A DNA stretch of 64,000 nt, taken from positions 612,493-676,492 of the forward strand of contig MNCI01002384.1 of the NCBI GenBank assembly GCA_015680685.1, given 5' to 3'. Origin of the DNA: Gnetum montanum. Lineage: Eukaryota > Plantae > Gnetophyta. This document shows, piece by piece, positions 13,150 through 27,278 of this stretch. Numbering within the stretch: the first letter of the stretch is position 1; each line of letters begins with the position of its first letter. A program made the position numbers and the translations under genes. The notes beneath the pieces were generated by a model. That model saw nothing but the letters and a program-made list of their open reading frames with translations. It had not been told where the DNA came from and searched no databases.

Positions 13150-16100
13150 AGCCAAAGACATAATCAACAAATGGTACTATGGTGCGATTGGAGTTAGTGG
13201 AGTAGCATTTCCAACATTGTCACCACTAGGGTTGTCATTATTGCTTGGTACTTGTACCATAACAACAAAAGTCTAATTACTAATCAACACAGTTAAACCA
13301 TAAACTAAACTACAATAAAACATAAAAATTAATTAAAGTAAAAAAACTTGGGAGGGCTTTGGTGCAACATCGTTTGTGGGAAGGCTTCGAAGGATAACCT
13401 CTAGAGGATGGAGGATTTAGTCTTCGATCATGTGGGCCCAGTCTACCTCCCCAAGATTAACACTTGTTAGGATGTTGCTCTTGTTGATCTCAGTCCATGT
13501 AGGTGGCTCTTGGAAAAATTTAGCATTAGTCATCTCCCTAGAAGAAGTAGAGACCTGAGTAGTTGGTGAATCAGCCACCATCAAAGAGCTTTGAAATAGT
13601 TTGAAGACACTCTCTGCTTGAATCCCCTTTATGAATAGTTCCAACTTGTGCTGTTCAATGGACTCCTCCTACAACCACTTAAGATAGGCCTAATGTTCTA
13701 CCTTGTAGTTTTTCTTGTGGTCTTTTTTGTGTCCAACCCCACTCAAGGACCCAAGCACAATAATCTCTCCACTCCATGGCCTTGCAAGCCAACAAGTCCA
13801 TCTGCAACCTTTGCTCCATAATGTCCCTAGCAAGGGAAACCTTCTCATGGATGACATTTCAATACCATACCCACATGATCTCCTTCATTCACAAGGAGTC
13901 CCTATTAGCCACTTGAGCTTCCACAAACCCCTTACGATTTTGGAGATCTTTAATTACCTCAGCCTATCTCTTAGTTTCTCGTTCCAATGCTATAACTAGT
14001 TCCCATAGGAACTCATTAGAATGTTGGGATTCCTATGAAGTCTTAGCATATGAGAGTGTATATTCAGTGGTACTTTCATATAACTTCCATGGAACATTTT
14101 CTACTTTGGGTGGTAGGCTAGGTAATGCATCAATCTCAAAAGCACAACTGGGATTCCATCCAACCTTAGACACTGCAAATAATATAACAAAAAAAAAAAG
14201 CTACATATATAAAAATGATAAACAATAAAAATAACCAAAAAACATCTAAAATTGCTAAGACCATTAACTATAAGACCTATAAAAAATAAAAAAAATTCAT
14301 AAAAGGAAGATAAGTTAAGGTTCTCACCAACATCAGGAGCAATATGTTGTAACCAATCGATCATTTCTTTAGCCATCCCTTGCATGAACTCCATTTTGGA
14401 TGGAACCTCTACCATGGATTCATGTGAAATGTAGACATTGAAGCACTAGGTTGAGGTTCAAGAGCTACAATAAGTACAAAACATAGGTTAACAAATAAAA
14501 CTAGGTTCAAACATGGAACTATAACACAGAACATACAAAACAAAACTCATAAATACTTGGGAGCTCATCCAGGAGAATGATAGGGGGTTCACCTAGCTAT
14601 GAGCCATCAAATATGGCATTGAAGTCATCCAATGCAACATTGGATAACCACTCATCCTTGTCCTATTGCGTAGCCTCCTTCTCTATGTGGTTCTATTAAG
14701 CCTTTGTTGTTGCTAGTTGGGTCACTAGTTCTTGCTATTTGTTTGCAAGGACAAAGAAGACAAAACATGGAACAACTTAGGATATCTTGCCCAACATAAA
14801 ATGACAACATAACCATATGACATAAAATATAAAAACATAAATAACTTAAAACAAATTAAATTACAAGAAAATATACATGTAACCACATGTTGCTCTTGGC
14901 CTAGTTTAACCACAAGCCTCCTCTTCAAAGGCTACTCAACAATTGGTGTTGTTGCCTCAACTATAGGCCTCTTTAGTTTGGCTCTAGCTGCTCCATCAGC
15001 TTCTGCATGTAACTCCTTGGCCTTTTGAATGTTCCCTTGGACAACTTGGGGTTCAATCCCCATGCTATCAGGGGGAGGACAACACATGCCACTAAAACAT
15101 TTAGTGGTTACAGATAGTGATTCCCTAATGTCCTTTGGTGGGCTCTAAGCTTGCATGGTTGGAAAAACATGTTTCACCCAAGGCTTAGAGAGTTGGGATG
15201 GATCTTGAATTATCCATTTTCCATCCTTTCTTACCACTAGTAACTTTGCAAATCTCTTTAGATATGCCAAAAAAAAAAATGCAAAATGCATATGACATAT
15301 TGTAGTGAGATATCTTTTTGGAGTTTCAGGATTTCCCATCGTAGCCTAGAGACCAAATGATCAACCCAGTTGAATTGAGCACCTTTAGTGACAAGCTTTT
15401 TCATGGTCCATGCCTACTTAATGCCTAGGATCTTCTTCTATGATAATAGCTTTGGGAAGGACTGAGATTGGAACAATGGATACATCTCCTTGGCCTTTGC
15501 ATCCTAGAACTAGTCTAAGGACAATCTAGAATGGCCACAGTGAGTGTTTAGCCATTCTTCCACCTCCTCTTGATGGCCTGCATCCTTCCCGAGTTTGATG
15601 GCAACTATCATGCCCTCATGAGGGATAGCAAAGAGGTCACTAAAGGTGGATTCATCAATAACCAAGGTGATATGCACACCATGAACCTGGGTAACAAATT
15701 TCTTTACTCCTTTGTTGAAGGAGTTGATGATGTTCACTATCTTGGGGATAAGGATGGTTGGGCTAGGAGCCATGAAAAGATCAAGCAAACCTACACTAGC
15801 AATGGTTGCTTGGATGTTTTTAGGCACTTGGCTAGCCAACCAGTGATGTGCTAAAGCCACCTCACCAAACTTGAGGATGAGTGTCTACTTAGTATGTCCT
15901 AAAGTGATCAAGATGACGGTGGTGGAAGAGGTAACCCCTACAACACAACAAAAATGGTCCATTAGCTTGGGCATAACTACATCATGTAAAAACAAAAACA
16001 TAACAAACATAGCCAATTAAAACAAAACAAGTGAAATAGTTAAGGTCTAGATGACTAGATAATCATATAAGTAGAAAATGTTGACATAGCTTAAAAAACA

Positions 16101-18622
16101 AAACAAAAGAAAAATCAAAATACACACTTTGCTTACTTGAGGAAGGTAGCATGGGGACCCTAAGGGATATGTGTGTCTCAATGCCAAGATCTGATTTCAT
16201 CCACCAACCATGGGTCATCCCATTAGGTATGCACTTTTGGTAGGCTATGGAATAGCGCATGGTATACTTGCCAAAGTCACCTTTGAGTTACTCCACCATT
16301 ATGAGCCTCACTACAAGGCTTTTGGCAAAGACCCCCAATGCTGTTTGCACTAAGGGCAAAAGCTAGTCACTTTGGATAAATCCTTTGTTATTCATCTTGT
16401 ACCTACAAGCATACTAATTTAAGAAAAAGATGATTAAAACCAAGTAGCCAAATAAAACCAAAAAAATAAAATAAAAAAATAAAGCAAGTATAAACCAAAA
16501 ACAAAAACTTCTACTTACCCTTCCATGTTGTACATAGTACCAGGAGGGTTTTGAAATAATGTGTTAACGTGGTGGCCAACTAGTAATGTGTTGTTGACAT
16601 TATATTGGATGAACTTGGGCATGTTCCAAATCTTGGACAACTTATGAGTGCCTCCAGTATATGTGCCATCAAGTGTTTTACCCTTATCACGTGTTCAAGA
16701 TCGTCAACAATAAAATTAACAATCAAGCTAGTAGATTAGGGCAACAGGGTTTCTACAATGATGCCTGCTATGTGAGAAGCTAAGTGTGACCATACCATGA
16801 CACTACAGTTTTGTAGTAAGAATGCTAGAAACTTCTTTGCCCTTAGCTTGAACCATAAGGAGCCATGCTCCAACATCATATGGGTAGGCAGGGTGTTGGG
16901 CCTTGGTGTGTGGATGTAGTAGAGGAGCCCTACTAAGTCAATGACCACTAGGATGGGTTTTAGGAAAGCCCTACACAATATAACAACAATAGCCATTAGA
17001 ACCATGAATAACCATAATTGAAAATGAAAAAATACTAAGAAAATCAAAATTAATAGGACCTCACAACATTTTCATTTAAGCCAAATAACCAAATTCATAG
17101 CTTTTTACACTTAGGACCAAACAAGATAGTAGCTAAAAATATGAACAATTTGCATATAACAACCAAATAGAATCAAGCACCCAACCAACAATTGATAATA
17201 GTTTTATGTTGAAATATGCATAAAAAATTAAAAAAATTTTATGTAGAGACATTGAAGCCATGGAAACTAGCTTGTACCCAAACAATAGTTACAAAATCCC
17301 AACTTGAATTTTGCAAAATTTTTACTAGAAATCCTAGTTAATAGTGAAACTAGTTGTAGTAAAAACTCTAGGAGGGTTAGTAAATTTTTTTTAAAAAAAT
17401 AATTCAAGTGACTATTGAAAACTAAAATGCAACATGTAAATAACCATGGGAACCTTAAATTTTGCATAAAAAATACCAAGACCCATAGCCAAGGGGATTT
17501 GCAGTTTTAGTAGCCAAAACTGCAATTGTATAAGGTAGTTTACACCTTCATGAAAATGACAAATTTGAACTAAATTTTTTTTCTTAGGACTGTGTATGCA
17601 TAAAATTCAAATAAAATTTGACATCTACGTTGCAATTCCAAGCTTAGAAAAAATTTAAATAGCAACCCAAAACCATAATAAAATTTCACAAAAAATTGCA
17701 AAAAACTCAAAACTATAGAAAATGGTTGCAATAAATTATTGATGAAAAGTATGAAAAAGTTTTTAAAATTGCTAGGATCAATGCGAAAGCCTCCCTAACA
17801 CCTTTGAGAATCCCCAAGAACTTGGGATGTTGGTTGAAAAAAGTTGCTAAGCGTCAACGTTATCCTGTTTCAAATGGGTAAAACAATAAAAAAGCAAAAA
17901 TTTCTTTGTGCGTTGGTCCATGAAAAAATTGACAAAAAATTAATTGCAAACCAAAATTTAGTGATTCCATAGCTAGTTGAACCAATAAACAAAACAAAAA
18001 ACTCACAACCTAAAAGACTAAAAATTCATAGTCATTTTTTTGGAAAAAAAATTGGAAAGTGGCATGAAAAAAATAGCAAAAATTGAAAAACCACTGTGAA
18101 TTGGCTTATGGAAAAATTCATAGAAAATTAATTGTAAGGCATAATCTAGAGGTTCAACCACTATTTTGACCATTGAAGAATGTAGTATGACCATATAACT
18201 CTAGAAATTAAAAAATCCAAGTTGTTTTCTTCATAAAAAATAGAAAAGGGGCATTGCTTTTTTAGGAAAAATGAGAAAACTACATAAAACAAGGCGAAAT
18301 AAAATTCATAACTTAATGTAGATTGACCTAAAAACTAAAATAACACTTCAATAATGTAAACATCACCTACATCTAATGTAGGATTTTAACAAAACCAAAT
18401 TTCTTGCTATACACCAGCCTACACAAGCAAAAATGCCTAGCTTACAAGTGGGAAAAAATTTGCAAAACTCATGGAAAAATGGCCAAGAATTTCTTACTTG
18501 GTGATCATGGAGGAAGATCCTTTCCCCAGTAGAGGTTGTGGTAGGTGTGAAAGCCCCTTGGTTGTAGCATTAGCATCCTCCAAGGTAGGATTCTTACTTG
18601 TGGCTACCTTCCTCTTCGACAT
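13150..18622 (-). pseudogene. Element A antisense spliced accessory gene (FCP1/NIF-like + plant transposon domain + coiled coil), degenerate
   Basis: ATG at 18622. Exons 18622-18498, 16970-16519, 16402-16137 and 15937-~14878 are bounded by GT/AG, with the same phases as element B. The 3' end is approximate. Confidence 0.75.
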
Positions 18623-21600
18623 TTTGAAACAATAGTGCAAAAACCTTCAAAATCTTCAAGCTCTTGGTAATGGCACTACTCCTTGATGGAGAATAAGTGA
18701 GAAACACCAAGGATTGATAGAATATAAGCCAAAATTGATGCAAGAGCTATCCACCTATGTGTTGCATGTGTGCAAATGAGTCTTGGAATGGATTTTGGTA
18801 AAACTAAGAAATAAAAATCAATCCTACACTTATGTGTCTCCTTCAAAAACCCCTTGCCCAATTCACTCACTTAACTCATAGTGAATTGATAGTGTAAAGG
18901 GAGAAAGTCCTAGCTACGTTGGGATGGTGGGAAGTGTGAAGCAAAAACACCATTTAAATTTAGGTGGACTCCATGAGGCACCTCCCAAGTAATGGGATTC
19001 ACTACCAAAATTGCCACGTACATTGGGGTTGAACTTCCACGAAGCCTTGGGATGCATTCTTGAACTCAAAACCCACCTCATCCACATTGGCCAGCATGAT
19101 CTAGCCATCTCACTTACAACACATCAAGAAACCATGAACCCCATACCAAATTTGGAAGCTGGATGTCAACATTAAGAAATACCAAGTCTTGAAGGAGGTA
19201 GGAACTCATTATAGAACTTACTATTTTGGGTAATAACATTGGGCAAAAGCCCAACCATTCTAGCCAATGTTTCTCTAAGCGGGATGGTACTTTCCAAAAC
19301 TAATTAGACCTCAATTTGACTCTGGAATGATCTTGAAAAGCCTAAAACCCCAATGGAAGCCTTTTCCAGCTCCGAAACCTGATCAAACCCAACAAACAGT
19401 GGCAAAAACTATGAATTCCAATGGAGCCACACTAGGGGCCATCCTAACCACATTGGCCAATGTGGTCTAAGCATGGTTGGATGGGGTGTAAATATAAAAT
19501 ACCAAAAATAGCCTACAAATTGACACATCATGGCCTTTATACCTTCCCAAAGTCTCTGGTAATAAAAAATCAACTAAAAATTAGTCAAATTTTACATCAA
19601 GCCCCTACCCATGTTGCTAAGGCCCTCACCCATGCTAACTAGCATGGGTTCTCTTAGAATAAGTTACAAAAGCCATAAATATATCAAATTGAGCTCAAAG
19701 CTCACCCCTATGACCCTAAAAACCTACTAGAGCCTCTAGAGACTACCAAACCCCAAAAATTGAGTCAAAATGGTAAAAATCTATCATTTCACCTCCATCC
19801 ATGCTGAGGATATTCTAGCCAGTGTAGCCCGAGGGGGCATGATCATACAAACCATTGAACAAACTCCAAAATTGACAACACTATGTCAAAACCTTGGCCA
19901 TCGACACTAGTAATCTTGAAAATTTAAGAACTTGGTCAATTTCACACTAGAACTTATCAAAAGCCAAAACTCAAGTGGACCCACACTAAGGAAGGCTAGA
20001 GCCATGCTGGCTAGGGTGGCTTTAGTGTGGGTGAGGTTTTTGATCAATTTTTCTAGTCCCATAACACACCAAACAATCTAAAACTTGACTCAGTAAGCCT
20101 ATAACCTCAAGGCCTTAAAAGAAATTGCAATTTAGCCTTGTTTTAGCCATAAAACTTCATATCTTACTCATCCACATTGGGGTTACCCCTAACCACACTA
20201 GTTAGTGTAGCTCTAGATCCCAAAACCCACTTTTTTTTGCAAATTTTGACTTCAAGATGGTCAATTCTAACCCTCATGACCTTATGCTATCATTGGAAGT
20301 CCATAAAACATAAAATTTGATCTTGAGATGCCATAAATTCAATTTTCTCATGCATCCACATTGGGGCCATGCTAGCTAGCATAGTTCCAATGTGGATAAA
20401 AATTCCAAGTTGCATTTATGGCTTCTAAAGGATCAAATTGACATCAAAATTGACAAATCTTCATCTCTGTTGCACTACATTAACCATACAAGGGAATAGG
20501 ATCCCAAAATTGATCATAGTCAACCTAGAAAATCACATTCCACCCTATCGACATTGAGGCTCATCCCACCCACATTGGCCAGCGTGGGTCTAGCATGGAT
20601 GCCCAGAAAAGCCTTATTTTTGATGTTAAATAGCCTCAAAACAACCTCCTTAAGTGTCCAAACTGAACCATCAACCTCGTAGCCTCTTACCATGGCCTGC
20701 TTTGGCCTAAAACTAACAAAATCTAATCATGTTTGATCAAGATTGACCATCTTTTTCCACATGTTTCTCAAACTATCTAATTTGGCCTTATTCCATGGTG
20801 TTTTCACTTATTTTTGACATTATTGTGCATTATTGACCTCTATCGATAGGCCATTTGATGTCATTTGGTTTAAACCTTCATCATTTTAGCATCATTTGCC
20901 CCTGTTCCATCAAGTGTCCCCATTATTTGGTGCCAACTAACCTTGATTGACATGGCTTGACATTAGTCCATGTCGTGTAACCTCAGTATGACCTTGATTC
21001 AATACCATTTGATGGGGTTCAACCATCATTTGATCATCATTTGGGCTTCATTCAATCCACTTGGTCATCGTTTGGGTGTCATTTGGCCTTATTTCATGCT
21101 AACTAGTCTTTTAGCTACCTCATTTACTTTGCATTTTCTTTTATGGCCTTAGTTGACGATGCTTTCACCCTTTTTGACATCATTTGATAGAGCTCAACCA
21201 TCATTTGGCCTTCATTTGATCTTATTTAGCCTTCATTCCATCTTACTTATGTCAACCTACCCATCATAACCTTTGTATCCTTGTTGGAACATTGTTTGAC
21301 CATTGATGTAGTATGATTTGGCTTATCGTGACATTATTGCTATAGTATTTTACATTATTTTGGTGCTATTTGCTCATTTTATTGCATAGGTGCCACTTAA
21401 TATGATTATGGTTGATATGCTGGATTGGAGTATGGACACCTGAAAGCAAATTAGTTTGCCTTTGAGCCTAAGTAGACCCCATGGTGATGTTGAATGATTT
21501 ATTAACGTCAATTGCCTAGATCTTAAGTGTGAGAGTCTTGTTGATCACATATCCTTGATAGAGAAACCTTTAAAATGGCCTTAAAGCCTAGTCAAAACCC

Positions 21601-24600
21601 TTGACCTTGAGGCTAGAAACATTACTAAAGGCTCTCTAGTTGAGGCTCCTATCACAATACATGGTGATAAGGAGAAAACATTGAAACGAAGTTCCTCACT
21701 GGAACCTTGACAAGCTCAAGACATCACCAAGGTGCTCCAAGATAACATTAAGGTCTTTGCCTAGTCATATGAAGATATGCCATGTCTTTACCCACTCCTA
21801 GTGCAACATAACATCATACTTGATCCTAGTATCAATCCAATTAAGCAAAAAGTTCATAAGATTAGATCAGATTTAGCCCTGGCAGTTCGCGATGAAATCA
21901 CAAAACTATATCAAGTTGGTTTCATTAGAGTTGTTGATTATGTGGAATGGGTGTCTAACATAGTGGTAGTTCCTAAGAAAATTTGGAGTATACGTATTTG
22001 CATTGATTTCTGAGACCTGAATAAGGCAACCATTAAAGATGATTTTCCATTACCTAGTATTGACCAATTTATCGATACTATGATTGAACATGCCTTGTTA
22101 TCCTTCATGGATGGGTTCTCGGGATACAATCAAGTTAGGATTAACTTAGAGCATCAACTTTGTACAACCTTCATGACCCCTTAGGGAACCTTTTGCTACA
22201 CCATGATGCCCTTTGGTCTAAAGAATGTAAGAGCAACTTATCAATGAGCCACGATGTATATCTTTAATGATTATATGCTAGGATGACTTAATGAATACAT
22301 AGACAATATAGCTGTTAAGTCCAAGGTGGCCAATGATCATGTGCATGACCTTGGCCTTGTGCTTAAATAATGACTCAAGTAGGAGCTTAGGCTTAACCTC
22401 AAGAACTATTTCTTTGTAAAATTAGTAAGATTCTTAGCTTTGTATTATCTAAAGTAAGGATACATATCAATCCTAATAAGGTTAAAGCCATATTCAACTT
22501 GGCAATACCAACCAACCTTAAGGAGCTTTGGGGACTGCAAGGTAGGTTACAATTTATCCATAGGTTTATCGCTAGACTTACGGATAAGTCACAACCCATG
22601 CAACACTTGCTTAAGAAAGGAGTTCACTATGAGTGGATGGCTCAATGTTAAGAAGCCTTTGAAAAAATTAAGCAAGAGTAGGCACAACTACCAATGGTCT
22701 ATCCACCACAAAAGGATAGACCTATTTACATCTACCTTGCTATCTCTAACACGTTTATTGCCTCTTGACTTTGTTATAAACGAGATGAAGGAGAAAAGTT
22801 AGTACTGTACTATCTAAGCCGTGCATTAATTGCCTATGAGACTTGATACACTAAAGTGAAAAAGTATTGTCTAGCCCTAGTCTTCTTTTTAAAGAAGTAA
22901 AGACACTACCTCTTTAGGAGCCAAGTTAATGTCATTTACAAGGATGACATGCTTAGAGCCATAACAACCAATATCTACGAAAGTAGCCATATAGCTCATT
23001 GGAAAGCCATAACAATGGAGTTTGACCTTCATTACATCTTCCAAGCCTCAATAAAGGGTCAAGCTATAGCCACACAACTTACTGTTTCCCTAGTAGAAGA
23101 CCATGTAGCCATTGACCTTGAATTCTTGGACAAACATGTCAACATTGTTAGCAAAGCACCCAAGGGCTATGAGGCAATTACGCACTTCAATGGAGCTTCA
23201 CTACCCATGGGACCAGTGTTGCTACCATCATAACATTCTTGTTTGGTGAAATCCAATCCTTCGCTTATAGTTTTCTATTTTCATGCACCGACAATGTGGC
23301 GAAGTATAAAAGATTGATTACGGGAATGATGGTAGCCTGTGACTAAGGAATCAAGAACCTAATGATAAAAGGTGACTTAAAACTAGTGGTTAACTAAGTG
23401 ACCAAGGTTTAAGCTTGTAAAGCTAAACATCTACAACCTTATTATGACCTAGGAAAGAAACTTATGCAATAAGTTATAAACATTGGTATCCAACACATAC
23501 CCCAAACTAAGAACACTCTAGCTGTTGTTGTTGCAACTTTGGCCCTTAGTGTGATGCTTGATGTGTTTAGCAAGTTACCTTTGTTAACTATGAATTGTGC
23601 TATTACCATCATGCAGAACACTGGAGACAACTCCATAGCCATAGTTCATATCGCTCTTCCAAAGGAATGGTATGATGATATCAAGCTTTTCCTTATGCAT
23701 GGTGAAACTTCATAGGGCCTAATTGCCTCTCAAAATGATGCTGTATGTAAAAGATTAAAATAGTATGTGTTGGCGACCGTTTGGGACGCAATCGCCAACG
23801 AGTGTTCTCGAATAGGATTTAGGTGCTTGCTGGTCTTTGGCAACACCAAGGCCCAGATACCTCCAAATAGACTCAGTAGTTAATGTGAGTATGTGTGTGT
23901 GCTGTTGCGGTGTGTGGTTGTGAAAAATGAAATGATTGCGTTGTGTGTAAACTACAAATGACTTATCTTAAAGAGATTCAGCCAACTTTGCCAAGTACTG
24001 TGAGTTGTTGAGAGTTCCTATTTTGTTCAATTACCTAGTCTACGCAGTCCTTATAATACCTACTTGTAACAAATAAAATTTTGCAAAAACATTTGAGCAC
24101 AACTCTGCGAATCTACTTCTAATTTTCCCCAGAGAAAGAGATAGTTCCACAAGAAAACTAGAAATAGAGCGAGATTCAATGGAAATAGAAAGAAGAGAAA
24201 AAGAAAGCAGATTTGTGTAAAGATCTCAAATGTTTAAACAAGGTAAAATGATACGAGTAAACACTTCGCAATAAAGCTATCCCAAATTCAATAACTACGA
24301 ATTGTTCAAACTTCCAAGGCTCAAATAAGCAATTTCTTCAAGACAATCCTACTATGCTATCAAAAAATTGCTGCGTAAACTATCACGTACGAGACTCCAT
24401 TTTGGCTAGATAATGGATGTCAATAATTGCATTCAATAGAACCTTCAAATGACTTGACAATTTCTGATTGAAATACCATGGAGATTCACTTTAAAGATAA
24501 AAAGAAGCTATTCTGGTCCCATCAAAATACCAAAGATTTTCTGAACCCTCTTGACTATTGAATCGTTCAACGGCTTAACTAAAAGCAGAGGCTCTCTTAC

Positions 24601-26087
24601 AACAATCCCAATAGTAGTTTTTATACGTTGCACAATAATCAAATTCGCTACTAAAATGCTCTTAAGGCTTTCAAACAGAAGTGCTTCTATGGCAAAATTT
24701 TAATAGAAATTTTCTATCATGCAACAAGAACAATAAGAGCAATCTAAAAATCCCAAAATTACTTGCCAAGCATGATACTATCTAAATCACTAGCTAAAAA
24801 ATTTAAACAAAATAAAAATAAAACATAACTCACAGGACTATGACAAAGAGGCTGAAATCTTTTCTTTAGCTAGTCATCTTACAAGCAATCTTTCACAATT
24901 TCTTCTTTACAATGCTCTTCCAAGACCCAAAGTGTGTCTCCAAGTGAGAGCTCCAAAGTGTGATGATCCCAAGTCTTCCCCCATTGTGATATATTTTCTC
25001 TTACCCCTGAAGCCTTTTTATAGGGTTCAAACGGTAGTTACATTCTAAAATATCTTAGCTAACTTTTCTTCCAAGTAAGGAAGTTAATTACTTGCCCAAC
25101 AAGTTAGGAGATCTCACTTGCCCAACAAGTTAGGAAGTTGTAACTATTTTGGGTGGTTATAACCACGATAGAGATAAAAAAGCTGCAGCTGATAAGTGTC
25201 CCATTTAATTGACAAGTGGCCCTTCAGTTGCCAAGTAGTCACCATGGAGATAAACAAGTTGTAGTTAACAAGTGGCCTTTGTATAAAAGCTATGGTGGCC
25301 AAGTGTCCTATTGTTGAATAAATATCCCATGCATATATTTTAAAATTTTTTAATTATTTTTTTATCCTAATAGTAATAGTAACGATGGAGTTGAGGCATA
25401 CACAGATGGATAAATATATACGTATGTAGGTACAGCCAAATGCATAAGTGGAGTTGCAATGCCACGTTTTCAGCACACGGTGGATGTCATGTGAAGTGCT
25501 CCTAGATGAACACATTGGTGACTTTTGGCTTACCCAACACGTGGTCCAATCGTTGTTGCAATATCAAAAGAGCTGTCACTACCGTAGCTACTCTTGCCAT
25601 GAAACACCAAAGAGGTGCACGCTTACATCCACTATTTGGCACCATCGTCTCTATCAGGTACATTGCATAGTTGTAGTGTCTCAGCATTCTAGTGTATTTT
25701 CTATAAAAATACTACATAGCAAGGTTTTCACCACTCCTAGAACCTAGAGAGGAGCCTTGTAATGCAGAAACATGAATTGTTTGAAACTGTCCATGCTCTA
25801 CAGAAAATGTAGCTCTTTCACAAGTACCAGATTACCATCTTTGCCTATGGTTTTAAGGCATTAGCTGTTGCTGCTTGCTATCCCGTCACTAGTGCTGACG
25901 ATGTCGCAGGGATGGATAAAGTTGACAGTGGGGATGCTGCTTTCATCGTTAACGTGCCGGTCGCTGCCTTGCCTCTAGTGTTTCTAGAAAATTGGCATAT
26001 CACACCTAGGTTGCGTGGAGTTTGTTTGGTTTGGAATTGGATCAGGAAGTGGACACGTCGACTGATGATGGCATGCTAACAATTGTC

Positions 26088-26720
26088 TTAACATCCTGGT
26101 GGTTGTGCGTTCGCCTTCTGCAGGGCCCTTTCTGTCCTAATTTTCTCTATAATTTTGGCAGCTTTACCAGACCCGATTTTCAAGTAGTGTAGAAGTTTGT
26201 TATGAGATAGGTCGATGTCGCCAGCCTTGATGATGCTACAAAGGTCACCATGCATGTTAACGTTGAAGGTTATGCAGGGATATCCTTCCACGTGGGTAAT
26301 TGGAGACAGTGTTGCTGAAGCTTCTCACATCATCAAAATCCACAACTTCTTTGAATTACTCTCCATCTCGATGCGGTCCCAGATTGGCCTCTTGCATTCG
26401 CGCCACCGACCCAAAATCTTTCTGTAGCACAAAGCGATTATTGTAGCTGCAACAAAAAAAAACAAAACTTCCTTTGTATGCTACTATTTTTGCTGCTGGA
26501 TTCGGCTTTTGCTGCTTTGACATGAACGATGCTTTTGAGCAGAACGGACATGGTGATGAAAATCGCGTCATTTCTAGGCTCGTTTTGGAAGATTCAACTT
26601 GGCTGTCCGATAACTCCGCCGGCCTCATGTGCCTCCCGCTTCTTTCTTCTTTATTTTCCACCACCTCGTGCGTGTTGCATTTTTGCCAGAGTCCATTACA
26701 TGCTTTTGTAAACCACTGAC
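26088..26720. other. Unidentified CpG-rich, exon-like cargo segments
   Basis: Coding-like composition and unique to this LTR copy. Near-open minus frame at 26088-26425. Confidence 0.4.
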
Positions 26721-26726
26721 CATATT

Positions 26727-27278
26727 TAAAACACTCGGACATCTAAGTCCTATAGAACAATGGGGACATTTAATTATAAGAGGCTCACAATCTTGATACC
26801 ATTGCTCATCATCCAGGAGTCTGGAGAAAAATGACTTTTCTGTATCTCTTGCCACAGCATCTATGGTTGTTTTTATTTTAAACTTGGATGAATCTAATCC
26901 AAGACAATCTGCAAGTCACCCTGCACTTGTGCCTTGTATGGGAGCACATAAGTGAGTTACAACATGGTGAATCTATTGAGATAGATAATAATTGATATCA
27001 ATTATCCAACCATCATTGTCCCTTTTCAATTCCTCTGGATGCCTAGCCCTTTTAGCAATCCCTGTTGTCCCAGCCTCTGATCCCTACTGGCAGCAAATAA
27101 TGTATGGAATTACCTTAAAAACACCTATAGTATGACCTTTTTTCTTCATTTGTAAAGCCACCTAAATGTGTGGTTGATTTTTGGAATCAAGATACTCCTC
27201 AGGATGGTTAGTTAGAGATTTGGCAATGACATATTTTTCAAGCTCCACTTGACCATTGTAAATCTCCTCTTGAACCTT
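26727..27278 (-). pseudogene. POLA1: Captured intronless fragment of DNA polymerase alpha catalytic subunit
   Basis: KVQEEIYNGQVELEKYVIAKSLTNHPEEYLDSKNQPHI*VAL...RARHPEEL...IDINYYLSQ*IHHVVTHLCAPIQGTSAG*LADCLGLDSSKF...DDEQWYQDCEPLIIKCPHC. This is the polB C-terminus running into the first Zn finger. Confidence 0.92.
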
